This document shows positions 1-25,883 of a stretch of 64,000 bases of DNA, in pieces. Position numbers and translations under genes: made by a program. The notes beneath the pieces are model-generated. The model was not told where the DNA came from. It saw only the letters and a list, made by a program, of their open reading frames with translations, and did no database searches. Source of the DNA: Antedon mediterranea (lineage: Eukaryota > Animalia > Echinodermata); assembly GCF_964355755.1 (NCBI RefSeq), contig NC_092675.1, positions 28,740,912 through 28,804,911 of the forward strand, in the 5' to 3' direction. The stretch's first letter is position 1, and each line of letters begins with the position of its first letter.

Positions 1-106
1 TACATTTAAAAAAAAAAAAAAAATATATAACATAAGTAACAAAATGGAAATAAAAGGACGATAAAAATTAGTTAAAAACATTGTTTATCCAATTATGGAG
101 GCTCAG

Positions 107-181
107 ATAAACACATGGTGCAGAGTGTAAACACATGTGTGCAGAGTGTAAACACATGTGTACATGTGTGCAGAGTGTAAA
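107..181. repeat. Short ~22-bp tandem repeat (AAACACATGTGTGCAGAGTGTA, about 3 copies)
   Basis: Directly visible; explains the HVFTLCT repeat in ORF 93-344. Confidence 0.7.
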
Positions 182-212
182 ACAAGACAAGAGTCCTTGT
201 AAGTATTAATAC

Positions 213-371
213 CTGCATATTTCTTTTTGTACCAAGCTCAGCTGTTTGTTTAGTTGAGATCTTAGCAGCTAGGATGGAGCAGATTGCAACTGCCATTCTA
301 ATCATTGACTGATCATCAAATGCAAACAGGCAGTCCATCACCATGCGCGACGCATGGAAGCGATCAAAGTC
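213..371 (-). CDS. ZYG11B: ZYG11 exon (DFDRFHASRMVMDCL...TKRNMQ)
   Basis: Overlaps ORF 93-344; tgtag / CAG|gtatta. Confidence 0.85.
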
Positions 372-3300
372 CTACAGTACAAAACAAACGGGGTGGAAGT
401 TACTGTTCATATCGTTTTATCAACAAAATCAACACTATCGGAAAATACATTCTGGCCTGAGAGTTTAAAAAATTTAACTAAAAAAAGATTTTGGAATAAC
501 AATTTTTTTTTAATCGTGGTGAGAGACAATCTTTACTTCATTGTGTAAAGGGTCGTTCACACCTGTTCTGGTACAGCGCTGGCAAATCATATTGAATGTT
601 TTCATGACACTCCACATGGATGTGTGCCAATCGATATGCACATAGCCAAAACATTGATGTTTGATGTGATTTGCCGGTGTCGGAACCATGCCAGAACAGG
701 TGTGAAAGACCCTTAATACAGGTATATGATCTCCCAGAGTTACTGTATTGTAAAAGGCAGTATGATTGATAAAAGTAGTGATATCATAACAATTTTTACT
801 AATTTCATAAGAGGAGCATGAATAGGAAGGATAGCACGTATAGGCTATAATAGTCTTACCACATCCTGTAAAATTCTGTCACTACACATTGTTAGAAGTG
901 CATTCTTCTGAAGCTAAAAAAACAATCAAGGTTTAACATTAGTAGAAAGCATGTATTTACATAGAAACGCTGTCCAGTATAATAGTATTAAAAGTAAACT
1001 TGTAAGCCATAATAGTAAATACTGTATGTCATATAGTTACCTCATGATATACAGTGTACGCTTAAACACAAACATGGGGGAAGGGGGGGGGGGTGTGAAA
1101 TAAACACCAAAGTGTATTGAGACATCCTACATGCTCTGTCTACACTATCAAACTAGTTTGACAAAAAAAAGTGTGATGTGCCCAAATATGGTAGTGATAT
1201 GACATCCTTAAAGCCCATATATGAGCACATCAAATTTTTTTTGTCACATAAAGTTTGATAGAGTTGATACAGCTTTATACACACATAAATCTCTTTGCAT
1301 GAAATACTACTATATACTATAAATGTGTTGATGGCTGATGATAACCCAGGTTAATTCTAATCATTACTCCATCAATGGCCCAATTAAAATTAACATTCAA
1401 ATCTTAATAATAATATTCAGTTCATGGTAAAAATAAATGTATATTGTGTCATGTAGATTTTTTAGATCAAATTTTGTGGTACAAAATGGCTTATTTACCT
1501 GTTGCTGTGCTGGGAAGTTTCTCATGGCTCTCAATGTAAGTTCAATCATCGATTTCAAAATGGATGGATGAACTTCTTCTCCTAGTTGCAGTTTAGTTAG
1601 ATTGTAAAGACAAGCACTGAAAACAATGATGTACAAAAAAGATTGTTAACAAAAAATATTCCCGAGAAATGAAATTTATATCTGTATTAAATACAGCTGT
1701 AGTACATAACAAGTACAATGAAGTCTACACTATCAAACTTTATGTGACAACAAAATATGATGTGCCCATTATATGGACCATATTTTGGTACATCACATTT
1801 TCTTTTGTCAAACTCGTTTGATAGTGTAGACAGAGCTTTAGTTGTGAGATGTTTCTTAAAAACATGCGAACTACGAACCTGGCAATTTTCCAAGGGGATG
1901 CTATTCCATAGTTTAGGACCATAGATAGAAAACGCACTGTCTCCAAAAACATTTTTAGTGACCGGGACAGAAAGACCTAGATTGTTCAATATAAGATTTT
2001 TTTTTCTGTCCTTTCTTGTTTTTCAGGACACACCGTTTAATATTAAAGGGACACATTTTCCCCAAAAATGTCCCTTTAAATAGATAAAAACCCACCTTGC
2101 TGCCATCTGGACTCCAAGGTGCATGCTATGAGCTCTCATACCAGGCAACACAAGCTGAAAGATAAACAGTCATATTTCCTATTCAAGAAATTACTAATAA
2201 TTTAGTCTTCAAAATTCAAAGTAATTACTGAAAAAAAAAAATTTTTTGGTAACAGTGGCAAAGATACAAATTATTTAAAATCAATAAATAATCAAAAAAA
2301 GTAAAACGAGAGACAAATTAGGCTAACTGTGAATACTTTAAACAGTATATATTACCATAATATTTAGCCAATTTATATCAGAGAATTATGTTGTTGTGTT
2401 TACAGTAATACAATAGTACTCACTTCTACAATATCTGGTCTTGGCTCACTTAAATATTGCGTCAGGTTGAACAAACCGCACAGTAATTTATGCACATAAT
2501 GTGCCCTTGCTGTGTAGCGTCTTAAACCTTCTAGTACCTGCTTTTCTGTCACATGACCAGAAACCTATTTAATAAACACAATTTTATGATTACATAATGG
2601 AACAATAGTCTTGGAAATGCTGTACCTTTCATTTTAAAAACATCGGTTTCGATTCATACAGATTTAAAAACTGAATAAATTAGTGTCCATATGTGGGGGC
2701 TCCAGTATTTTTAAGAATAAAATTAATAAATTACTTGGGTTTATTAATTATATTACTATTCACAGTTGTGCTTAATTTAATATTATTTTAGTATAAAATA
2801 TGTATAATATTACAGTACAATTAATTTAGTTTTAATACCTAATAACCATACGATTGTTTACATTGCAAACTAACATGTTTTTCTGTGAAAATAAATTGTT
2901 AATGACTGCCAACACATTAAAATTAACATTAAAACAAAACTACTTTTGGTGCTAATATACTTTAGTACTATTGGAAATTAGGGTAGTGTTAGGAATACTG
3001 CATTAGGTCCTAAATTTTGATTAAGATTAATTGATTTGCATCACCTTTAAATCTTTCTTATGAAAGGGATGCAATTCATCAGTGAGAAAATCCACTCCAC
3101 AAAGTTCATAGGTCGTTGAATTATCCCGCATAAGTGATTGAGTTACAGTCAAGCCAAGAAACTTCAAATTTGGATGATGATCAATAAACTCGACAAGGGC
3201 GCTTTCTCGTACATTGTCCCGGCCTGAGATGTCAAGTGCAGTGATATTTGGAAGACTACTACTTGAATATAGCAGCATGGAGATGCTGGGTCGCTTACTC

Positions 3301-4834
3301 ATGTCAATCATAGGGTGGGCTTCTTCAGAGATGTCCAGATACCGTAATTCATTCATCTCCATCAACACCGGTATAAGATCCTTTTCCGGAACCCGCGTTT
3401 TGAACATTATCAACGATCGTAATGTATGCTTTAGATTTATCAACGGCTGAATGTTGTAAACAAACGTACCAGATATATCTAAGCTTACGAGATTAGTCAA
3501 CTTTTCTGCAACCATTTCTAAACCGAGATTATTATTGAATTCGGTATAACTAACGTTGAGGTGTATAAGAGATTTCAACTGTGATAGAGGTATAACAATA
3601 CAGAAATTGGTATTATTTGTGTTAAAGGTACAACCGCTGACGTTTAGCGATCTCATATTCTTTCTTGTCCATTGCCCTTGCGCAACAATAATATCCGTAA
3701 AATTAACATTCATCAAACGCGAGGCATCTAAATCAGTGATACGATGAGGAGAAAGAGCTTTAAGACCAGCGAGCGTGGCAGAACTTTCAGATATATTAAC
3801 TCGGTTTAGTTGAGTTGTAGAAGGGTTCGCAAACAGACTTAGAACACGGTCGTTTAATTTATGTTTTCTGGCCAAGATTGATAAAAGACATTCAGCTAAG
3901 GAGGTATGTAAAAAGACATCGTGATGTTTGAACATTAGTTGTGTATTTAATCCATCATAGTCAGTGTGTGTTATCTCTTTACAGTGTTTGTCTAGATTCT
4001 CACTTATATGCTCCAAGCATAATAATAAGAGAGATGGTGGTGAAAGTACACTTCTTTTCCTATAAAACAAAAAGAAAATGTCAAATTAAACATAGTCACT
4101 GCTATGTAGCATAGGAATTGTATTTAGTAATAACCTAATATACTGTAAATAGTTAGTGGTACAGTAATACTATTTTTTATTTATAACAGATGGTTTAGCC
4201 ATCCAGTATTTTATATTCAATATTATTAGTCGCCCTAAGCCTACTTAATTAAGGTTTACCTAATTTAATAATAAAAATTGTTAATATATACATACATTTT
4301 TGTATATTAATATTTAATTAAGTTATTTTATAAGTAATATTAATTTATAATACTACTAAATTGTATTCATATAGGCCTAGGGCCTAGTAGTAGAAGGAGG
4401 AAATGCTAGGCTTTAATTTTAAATAAAAAATGGGGAATGAATTCATTCATGTATGGATGTATGGATGGTACTTGTTTTAGTCTACATTTTTATTATTCAT
4501 TGTGTCAATTACGCCCTTGGTTTAGACCCTAGGCCTAGTATTTTATTAGAAAAAGGCCACTGCACTGCTACAGTATGCTGTCTGCTAACACTGAAAAGAA
4601 CCCTACGTTTACTACATAAATAGAGGGGGCTACTGCTAAGCCCAGCTAGCGTAGGCCGAGTTATCGCTCATAAACATCCTCACTTTAACATGATAATTTG
4701 GAGCTACATCAGCATTGTCAAATTATATTTTTATTGAAAATTAAGAAAACAAATATCTAAACAATATAAAGTCTCGATACATTTTGAAAAAACGTTATAA
4801 CATATGGGGAAATACTGTACCGTTTTTCATCCAT
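213..4834 (-). CDS. ZYG11B: ZYG11-family protein (LRR + ARM Cul2 E3 ligase substrate adaptor), 5' part; gene continues off the left edge
   Basis: Exons 4821-4834, 3045-4059, 2424-2564, 2096-2154, 1499-1616, 860-913, 213-371 join in frame with GT-AG ends. N-terminal SPPSLLLLCL BC/VHL-box-like motif, LRRs, and the ZYG11-typical VQMAASACLYNLT and LQKNALLTMCSDRILQDV segments. Confidence 0.88.
549..713. mobile_element. PIF/Harbinger-like MITE, family B
   Basis: TIRs AGGGTCGTTCACACCTGTTCTGG / CCAGAACAGGTGTGAAAGACCCT, flanked by TAA on both sides. Confidence 0.75.
860..913 (-). CDS. ZYG11B: ZYG11 exon (LQKNALLTMCSDRILQDV)
   Basis: 54 nt, tttag / gtaaga; highly conserved ZYG11 motif. Confidence 0.87.
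1132..1274. mobile_element. MITE family A copy
   Basis: TIR AGCTCTGTCTACACTATCAAACT and internal CCCAAATATGGTAGTGATATG unit. Confidence 0.8.
1499..1616 (-). CDS. ZYG11B: ZYG11 exon (ACLYNLTK...NFPAQQQ)
   Basis: Within ORF 1397-1636; tcag / CAG|gtaaat. Confidence 0.87.
1722..1837. mobile_element. MITE family A copy, at the 3' end of a LINE remnant
   Basis: Same TIR and internal sequence, opposite orientation. Confidence 0.8.
1841..1989 (-). mobile_element. CR1/L2-clade LINE ORF2 C-terminal remnant
   Basis: Translation LSVPVTKNVFGDSAFSIYGPKLWNSIP...FKKHL matches the typical L2/CR1 ORF2 end (FGDRAFS..GPxLWNxLP...FKxxLKT). Confidence 0.65.
2096..2154 (-). CDS. ZYG11B: ZYG11 exon (LVLPGMRAHSMHLGVQMAAS)
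   Basis: ttcag acceptor, AAG|gtgggt donor; ARM-region motif. Confidence 0.85.
2424..2564 (-). CDS. ZYG11B: ZYG11 exon (VSGHVTEKQVLEGLRRY...PRPDIVE)
   Basis: tag acceptor, gtgagt donor, 141 nt in frame. Confidence 0.85.
3045..4059 (-). CDS. ZYG11B: ZYG11 large LRR exon
   Basis: ORF 3027-4070 with LxxLDIS repeats; acceptor ttttatag, donor AAG|gtga. Confidence 0.9.
4821..4834 (-). CDS. ZYG11B: ZYG11 first coding exon (MDEKR)
   Basis: caaaATGGATGAAAAACG|gtacag; the phase 2 end joins exon 3045-4059 in frame. Confidence 0.65.
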
Positions 4835-4839
4835 TTTGT

Positions 4840-6744
4840 GGCACACAGTTGACGAGTATGTTTTGCTTTTACATACGTTTTGTGTCAGAATCAACTTGAC
4901 CTGAAAAGATCAGGTCAAAAATCATGGGTCACATGTTTCCTGTTGTTGTCATGATCTCTGTTTGTCCAATCACAAGCAACAGCTACTATACGTTTTTATT
5001 ATCCATAAATTAAAAGTTTATAAAAATGAATTATATATTTATTAAAGATGTATTTTGAATAGGCCATTTTGTAGTTGTTAATAACGTTAATCACTTACTC
5101 CGAAAATAACGTAAAAGAATAATTGTTTCACTTATAAAAAGACAAAACAAACGGTTAAATTCAACCAAAACCCCATTCACTGGCAGCCAATTTTACAGTT
5201 TTTTCATGTCAATAAATTTTGTTTCGATCTCATTTTTTTCGTCAAAGTGAATAACTATGATTTGATTCAACAAAAACATTTTACAAAATTATTGTTTTCC
5301 GACAATATTAAACTTTCCAGCTTAATTTACTTGAAATCATTATGATTTGTGAAACCCGAATGTTACACGCTATTTTTACTATATTGCAAACAGCATGATA
5401 AGTCTACAATACGCATTATAAAATAATAAGGCCCATAATAAAGTTGTAATTGTACATTTCTAGGCACGTGTCGCACATGTTAATGCAATGATTCCAAATA
5501 AAATACTTCATGAGTCCAGATTAGAAAAAAATCACTTTATTCTTCATCAAATAGAATAAACACGTAAATAGAGTATTGTTCTCTTTTTTTTTCTCTATTT
5601 CGTGTTTTGTTTATATACTTGATTAATTTAATTTTTTATTTTGATTTTAATATTTTCATTTACCCGTACATATGGTATGGCTGTATTATTGTTTATTGCT
5701 GCTTTCACTATTAGGCCTATTTTCCTTTGTTTTATGAGATCATCTACCAGCGGCGGCCGGTACTTAACTTTGTCTTGGCTTGAACATTTGACTCCTGCTA
5801 GCTCGAGATAAACTTAGACTAGAGGGAAAAATAAATAACAAATCACATAAAGAAAAACTAAATCCAACGATCTGAATTACTCCTCACATCAAGATAGGGA
5901 ACATTTTTTTTGACACGAAAATAAATCATACGAAAAGTTTGGGTTTGACCAAATTTACGAAAATAAAACCTAAATGTGTGTACGCATTATATTATCCATG
6001 TCTTTTAACTTTTAAAAATAAAATCATGACTTTTTAAATTTTTCTGCAACCTGACGGATCGTTTTTATCATTTAATGAGTTAGTACCCCCCCCCCCCACC
6101 CCTCCCCTAATCTATAATGCTGGATCCGCCCCTGAAGCCCGATATACTTGGGCATAAAATAAACGGCAAAAAATGGACAATTAGGCCTAAATATAGTAAA
6201 AAAATTAATAACAGTAAAAATTAAACTTACTGGTTCAGCATGCCTTACTTTTCCCTTGTATTTCAGAGACAAATAAAAAATCATGGGGTCATCTTTGCGT
6301 TTAAAAAGAGAGATAGTTTATTTTATTTTATGTCTTTATTTTTTTTTTAGGCAATGTGGCCAAGGATTACCAATAGTGAATTAATCACTGTCCTATCAGA
6401 TAGGTGGTAATCCCCCTAATAATTATAATCGATATTTTTTTTTCTACAACTTTTCGCTTTAAAATGCTAGATTTTTTTCTATCGCCTTACCAAAAATTAA
6501 AAATTCGGCATTATTCTATTTATAAGTCTATTTAAATAGGCGCGCGGCCTACGTGACTTTAGAGACCTATTTTGTATGATTGTAATGTGCGGATGGATAC
6601 ATTCCGAGCGTGTGCGTGTGTTGTTCGTTTCACTGCTAGCTAGCTGTGTGATGATCAACCGTTTTCTGGTCGACGTGATCAGGATCAATCATCAAAATCT
6701 TGTATTTAATTTAAAATAAGAGATCTAAAAGATCATTTATAGAG
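4840..6744. promoter_or_regulatory. Head-to-head intergenic/promoter region of ZYG11 and KDM4, with a probable KDM4 non-coding first exon ending at 6744
   Basis: Locally CpG-richer patches at ~4850-4990 (CCAAT at ~4966) and ~6540-6700; donor AGAG|gtatgt at 6744/6745; acceptor at 7882 lies upstream of the KDM4 ATG. Confidence 0.45.
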
Positions 6745-7915
6745 GTATGTAAATAAACTAAAGCATATTGTATGTTTTTGCAATTGTGATTGTAAGCCTA
6801 ACTAATTGGGAATTGGTTTATTATTAGCTGAAATTTCCCTACAGTAATAAAGTAGGCCTAGGCTAGCCGCCCGTAGCCCGACGATTTTGATGATCGCCTT
6901 GGTTTAGACGTTCATAGTTTTGCTTTGCAATGTACGTAACAATTAAACAATACATAGAATATTTAATTACAACAAACATTCAACTCTTCTTTGTAAATTT
7001 TTGATTGAGATAATTTTTCTAGTAAATAGTCTTTAATTAGCAAGAATGTTGATGTAAATTATTGTAAGATACGATTCTCTCAAGCCATTCCAAAATTTCC
7101 TCTGCTGAGACACGGTTAAAATCGATTTCGTCCAGGTACCGTTAGTTTACAAAGCCAATATTTTGCTCGATGTTATACAGCCTAGCCGGATGGCATTTAA
7201 CACGTGTAATAATTTATCTCGACCGGTTTTAAGTTTCATAATGGATTCTGTTATTCAGTAATATATTTTACCGTATAGTTATTTTAAAATTAATTGTTGT
7301 TTCTTAAATTTAAAGCCATGTTATTGTTATATATTATGTGAATTTAACCTTTTGTAAACATTTTGATTCAACAACAAAATTGAAAAGTACAACAATGGAA
7401 TATTAGATTCTAAAAATATAATTGAACATACAACAAGTATCGTAATGTTAACACGTAACTACTAATATAGATATTTGAGGTTTTAAACAATGGCATCTTT
7501 TTTATTTTTGAAATTGCTTAAAAAGGTGAAATTTTATTGCCAATTTGAAATTACAGTCTTGGCCTAGATTTGGCGGAGTGATATACAATACTGTTTTCAT
7601 AACAGGTCAAAGGCCATGTAATGTTTGTATTTATATTACAGAACAGGGTTTCCTTTTTTATTTTCATTACATTTTGTCAGTCAAGTACTTATTATTTGTA
7701 ATTAATTGCAACTTTCATATAATATTGATTTAAGGTTCTGCATTTTTAACTTTTTTATGGTACGTAATTGTATAAAGTTAATAATAATAATTTCTATTAT
7801 TAGAAATTCTAAAGGCCTACTACCGTCAGTAGCTTAGTAAAATAGTACATGTTTACATTCTGAATAATTTTTTTTTTTTCAGTTAAAAAAGCGTAGTAAG
7901 AATACGACAGCCAAT

Positions 7916-20844
<12,929 letters not shown>

Positions 20845-21321
20845 CTTTACTTTTTGAATGTGACTTTGCAAAAATATTAAATTAGGAGTTATGGAGATTC
20901 GTTCCTAGATGGAAGACTAAGCAACTGTGTTGCTTTGAAAGAGGTATACAAGAACATTTCCAAAGGTCATGTCAGGTCAGGTCATGTCATCTATTGATTG
21001 TAAATGATATTGAGTATTTAAAAGAATTTTGGATTACAAACCATTTTGTGTAATGGCACTGTAGATTGGTGACTGCCTTTCAATACCAGAGTCATGTGTT
21101 CGATTCTGTCTTTTGTTTGAGAGCATCATCCTTGACTTTGCTTCAATAAAAAAAAAGGATAAAAACAAGATCTTGAACGGGTTCAAGATGTTCTACAAAT
21201 TTGTTTATCATTCAGTTCAAACAAGGTTTTTATATTGTTACCATTTGATGGTACAACTCCAGTAGTAATACCATATAATGTGTATGTTCTATCGAAAGTT
21301 GGAATGAACTCTGTGATATTA

Positions 21322-21466
21322 GGGAACTTTCATTTTCACAAGTCACTTGTCTATGCACCTGTCAAGTCAAAAAGTCTGGAAACGCTCGGAAACATTTAAA
21401 CTTGTGCGTAATTACTTTTGAACTTGTCGGCCAAGTCGAATGACATTTCGTGAAAATGAAAGCTCT
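21322..21466. mobile_element. MITE (family D) in the KDM4 3' UTR region
   Basis: Inverted ends GAACTTTCATTTTCAC / GTGAAAATGAAAGCTC. Confidence 0.55.
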
Positions 21467-21531
21467 ATTTTCTCTATGCTTTTGAGTTAAATTTACTAAA
21501 ATATACCTGAACATATTGAGTTGGTTATTAA

Positions 21532-21664
21532 ATCTTGGTTCCCACTAGAGACACAATGCAAGGACGTAGACGCAACACAAGTGATTTGACCAATCACGAG
21601 CAATGGCTCAATCGCTTGGTTTGTGTTTATGTCCTTGCATTGAATCTTTACTGGGAACCAAGCT
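21532..21664. mobile_element. Harbinger-like MITE (family C)
   Basis: TIR CTTGGTTCCCA / TGGGAACCAAG, TAA on both sides. Confidence 0.65.
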
Positions 21665-21667
21665 TAA

Positions 21668-21780
21668 AGCGTCTTCCACACCTGCTACGATACAGTTCTG
21701 GTCCTGCTTCGGCAAATCAAATTGAGCGTAAAAGTTTCGTTTTCACACGGATATAGCATGGAACAGGTGTGAAAGACCCT
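21668..21780. mobile_element. MITE family B copy
   Basis: Right end GAACAGGTGTGAAAGACCCT-TAA identical to the 549-713 element; degenerate left TIR. Confidence 0.65.
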
Positions 21781-24700
21781 TAAGTCAGTAAATGTGTAAA
21801 TAAAGTGTTTATTAGAGCGTTTACAATAAAATGGTTATAATGGGATCTTTTTGATACATTAAAGTGTGTTTATAGTTTTGTATGCTGGATTTTGATTTTA
21901 TAGAATATGCATGATTTATTATTTATTACTACTACAAATCTAGTAGTTTAAAGATGTTAATTTTAGAGATTTGTTTAAGCAAGTATTTATTATTGTAAAT
22001 AAAATGCATAATCTACATTTTCTTGTTAATTATAATTATGTTTGTATAAAATGAAAATGAGATGTAAATTAATTGTTTGATTTGTCAGTTTTCCATATTG
22101 TAGGTATTTTAATGGTTTATTACATGGACACTATGCAGTGCAAGATTTTGTTATTATTAAAAAATTAGATTTTTATTTGGGTTTTTCAATGACATTGCCT
22201 TTGAAGGGATACCAGTGTGTGTATAGTATAGAAGATGTTTGTGTAGGATTACCTTGTAGTATGTACTTGCTTGGTACTGTGTTAAAACTGTACCTAGTTA
22301 GGTATTGGCCATCAACCACGACTATTCCACACACATTTACCTGCTTCGTGCCACAGAAACTGCAGTCACATGTTTTGAAAGAACATACTAATATAGTACA
22401 GCTCTGAGTATACTCACTGGTACTCCACACCTTTAGTGGGCTAATGCTTTACTGGTGAATATTGGTACTTCTACATGTTAAACTGGTATTTAATACTTGC
22501 CTGTAACCATGCTATTCTAAACTTATACATTGAGGTACATGAGCTTGTGAATGTTAAAACTAAACACTATTTAACCAGTGTGTCTGTGTGCAGTAGGCCA
22601 GTACTGTTGTACTAGTATACCACGTTGAGTGGTCTAATAGTAGGGCACCTGCATATCATACCAGATTACCTAAGTTCAAGCATTGGTTGAGTCCACCTTC
22701 TTGTCTACTATTTCACATTATTTAGTAATACACAGATTTCACAATTTTTATTCAATAATTTGTAATAAATATTGATAGATCTTCAATGTTGTTTCATAAT
22801 CAGCTTCTGTATAATTAGTATATTTTAGGTCTTTTGTACAACAAAGAATTCTCATTAATATATTGTAATTGTAGTCTATCAGGAGCAGTACTCTATCTGC
22901 TATTGACTTATTACTACAGTATTAATAGACTATTAAAAAAAGGTTACAAATTGATGTACAGTATAAATAAAGTCTATTTGAACTTCAATTTTATGTATAT
23001 TTTTTTATGTGATTTAATAATTAGGGGAAAGAAAGTTATTGTATGTGTTGTCATCCACACATGTGTGCAATTCAGCCCAGTTAGGCTGCAAGTCATAGGT
23101 AATAACCCATATATATATATAGCACATATAACTCATTTCCCATTTTTCAACAAAATCTATGTACAGGGATTTTCGAAAAATGGGCAAATTTTGACCCTTT
23201 TATTTTTGGACAAAACTTGATTCGACACCATAATATGATCATTAACTCAATAACGTGCACATATAGTATTATTAGCTCATTTTGCAATGTTCATATTTTT
23301 TCAATTTTTCGACAAATGGGTTTTTTGATATATTTGATATCTTTTTGCATTATGATTATTTTTCTATAAAATCTATAGAAGTTAAATGTAATTGATTGAT
23401 ATAAAATTGAAATAATCAGAAGCAGTAAATAAATAGAAAACAAAAGGTTTTGTGGCGCAACAATTTTTATTTATGAAATACTTGGTAGCCGCAGTCAAAA
23501 TCACTAAAGGGATTGAAATCAGTTGGAAACAATTACAACAGAAAATTACCCTTAACTAGTAAAAATAACTTCTTAGCTATATCAATAATCACATTTTTTA
23601 TTTGCATTTTAGTTAGTATCAACAACAAAACAATTTGAAATTAACACAGAAAAATAATGTACAATATTAAAATCCCTTTTATCTATAACAGCTTAATTGT
23701 GTACTTCATAAAAAGTAAAAGAAACGCAAATATTAAAACCAAGAACTTACAAAACTAATGAATACATTTGCAGTAATATAGCTATCAACTCGAAAATAAA
23801 GTAAATATTTTATTCCAAATTACCTTAAGAAATTTAACAAATTCATAATTTCTTTAAAATACTGTGAATGCATAATTTAGGATAGATTGATGATCAATTG
23901 ACACTATCAGGGTAACTAACTTCATATTAGTGACAAGCAGTAAGGACCGCAATCAATCATTTTAAGCCACTGTTTACACTGGTACAAAAGCAGAACATGC
24001 TTTACATATCTATGAACGTCAAAGCAGTGTGAACCATCCCTTATATCCCCCCATCCCATGTCCAAGCAAAGCAAATGAACAAATTGTCCAAACAAGATTG
24101 GTATTACTTAAAACATTAACCAAAATATAAATCAATGTCAATTAAATATTTCATAATATACACAATTGGGTTAAAATTGGAGGGATAAATAAAAGTGTTG
24201 ATAAAATGAGTGAGATTTCTGCGGAACATTTTGTCAATTGTTGATGCTAGCGATTTAATAATGTTTAGATGATTACATAATGTAGGCTTAACTATAGGTG
24301 GGAGAAGGATAGTAAACTTAACCTCAAGGTGAAGAAATCTTACAAAATTAAAAAGCAGCAGATTGACCCCAAACTTAAACTAGGTCAATCTTTAAAATAC
24401 CTGTTTTTCTTGCAATGAAAAGCTACGAAACCACTGGAACACGTTAATTGTTTTTGGTATCATACCAGGCAATGAATACTTATACTAATATTATATTTCA
24501 AATGGGTATGTATATGAAACTATTGTAATTCCCAACTAGAACCAGTAATTACACAATAAATGGATTACTCTCTACAAAATTAGGATGATTTTCATTCCTT
24601 TTAAAGCAGTTACTCCTTGTCACCTCCTCATATTTATATACATATACATATATCTTTCATATATTTATATGTATATACATACACACATCTCTAATGCTTA

Positions 24701-25814
24701 AAATTCCAGTACTGAAACCATTTAAAATATTATTTGTTTTATGTAATTATTATTATTTATTCATTTATTATTATATATTTGGTAAAAAAGTTGGCAATCC
24801 GATTAGTTGCCTATTATGGTCATAAATGGTTTCACTCTATGATTACTAATTTCAAATTATAATATTGATTCTATACTTCTTAGGATGATGTTGTTGAACA
24901 CTCCAGCATAAATACACAAACATTCAGAACATATCATATTAAAAACAATATTAACTTTTCTTTTCTTTTTGTCTAGATATTTAATATTCTCTATTTTAAG
25001 GCAGTAAACACAAATTAACCTTTACATCTTCCACAATTATATTTACAAAAGTGTGTAGCAAAAAAAAATACAAAGATGATTTAAAAAAAAGCATTTCTTA
25101 CACAAGTTCTCTATTGGTTCTAAATTTCCATTTATAAAAAACAAAATAAAACTTGTTATACATAATGCTACAATTTTACTTCTTATTAACAGAATATGAA
25201 AGAACACTTTGACATTACCAACTGGTGAGTGGCCAGTAAAAGGAATGGTCATATCTTATCATAATTAATATACTTCTTACAGGTACCTTATATATTTACT
25301 TCAAAACATCTCCTGGGACAAACTAACTTATATATAAAAGAAACGTTGTTATCATTATGTTTTTCTTAATATTTTATCCTGCTTTCAAATTTCCTCATAA
25401 TCAGCATTTGTAAGCTTTGTTCTATTTATCATCTTTCATCATAATCCATTTCAAATTGCTTCTGTTTACTTCTTTCATTTAAGTTTCTCCGTCAAATTAA
25501 TAAACCAGTCAAATACCGAACATTTTCTTCTCTGTCATCATCATCATCTTTACATTGTTGTATGCAGCAAATTTAACGTATCTTCTTTATTTTGTTATTA
25601 TTAAAGTACTCAGCCATATCTGTCCTACTGAGTTGAATCAACTAATTTCTCATTCTTTACTTCTTTACAAATTATATATTCCATGCAACGCTTGTGGGTC
25701 CTTATATATCAAGTAAAATCTCTTTCTTATGCAAAAATAGTCTTTTCCAATTTTTGGGTAAAGCTTTTCCCTACTGGGTTTGGCTTTGTAGTCGAGTTGT
25801 GAGATAAGCAAATG

Positions 25815-25883
25815 CTAATTTGCATAATGGTCAAAGGAACCCAAATACTCTAAAGCTGCTCGGTAGCAAAATTGATACTGGTC
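25815..25883 (-). CDS. PTPRF: LAR-PTP last exon
   Basis: [22 protein letters not shown]. Confidence 0.93.
   Translation of the reverse strand, partial: DQYQFCYRAALEYLGSFDHYAN

Noticed and set aside
22138-23220. ORFs between KDM4 and the phosphatase
   Set aside because: No domain features or consistent splice structure; probably UTR or intergenic sequence.
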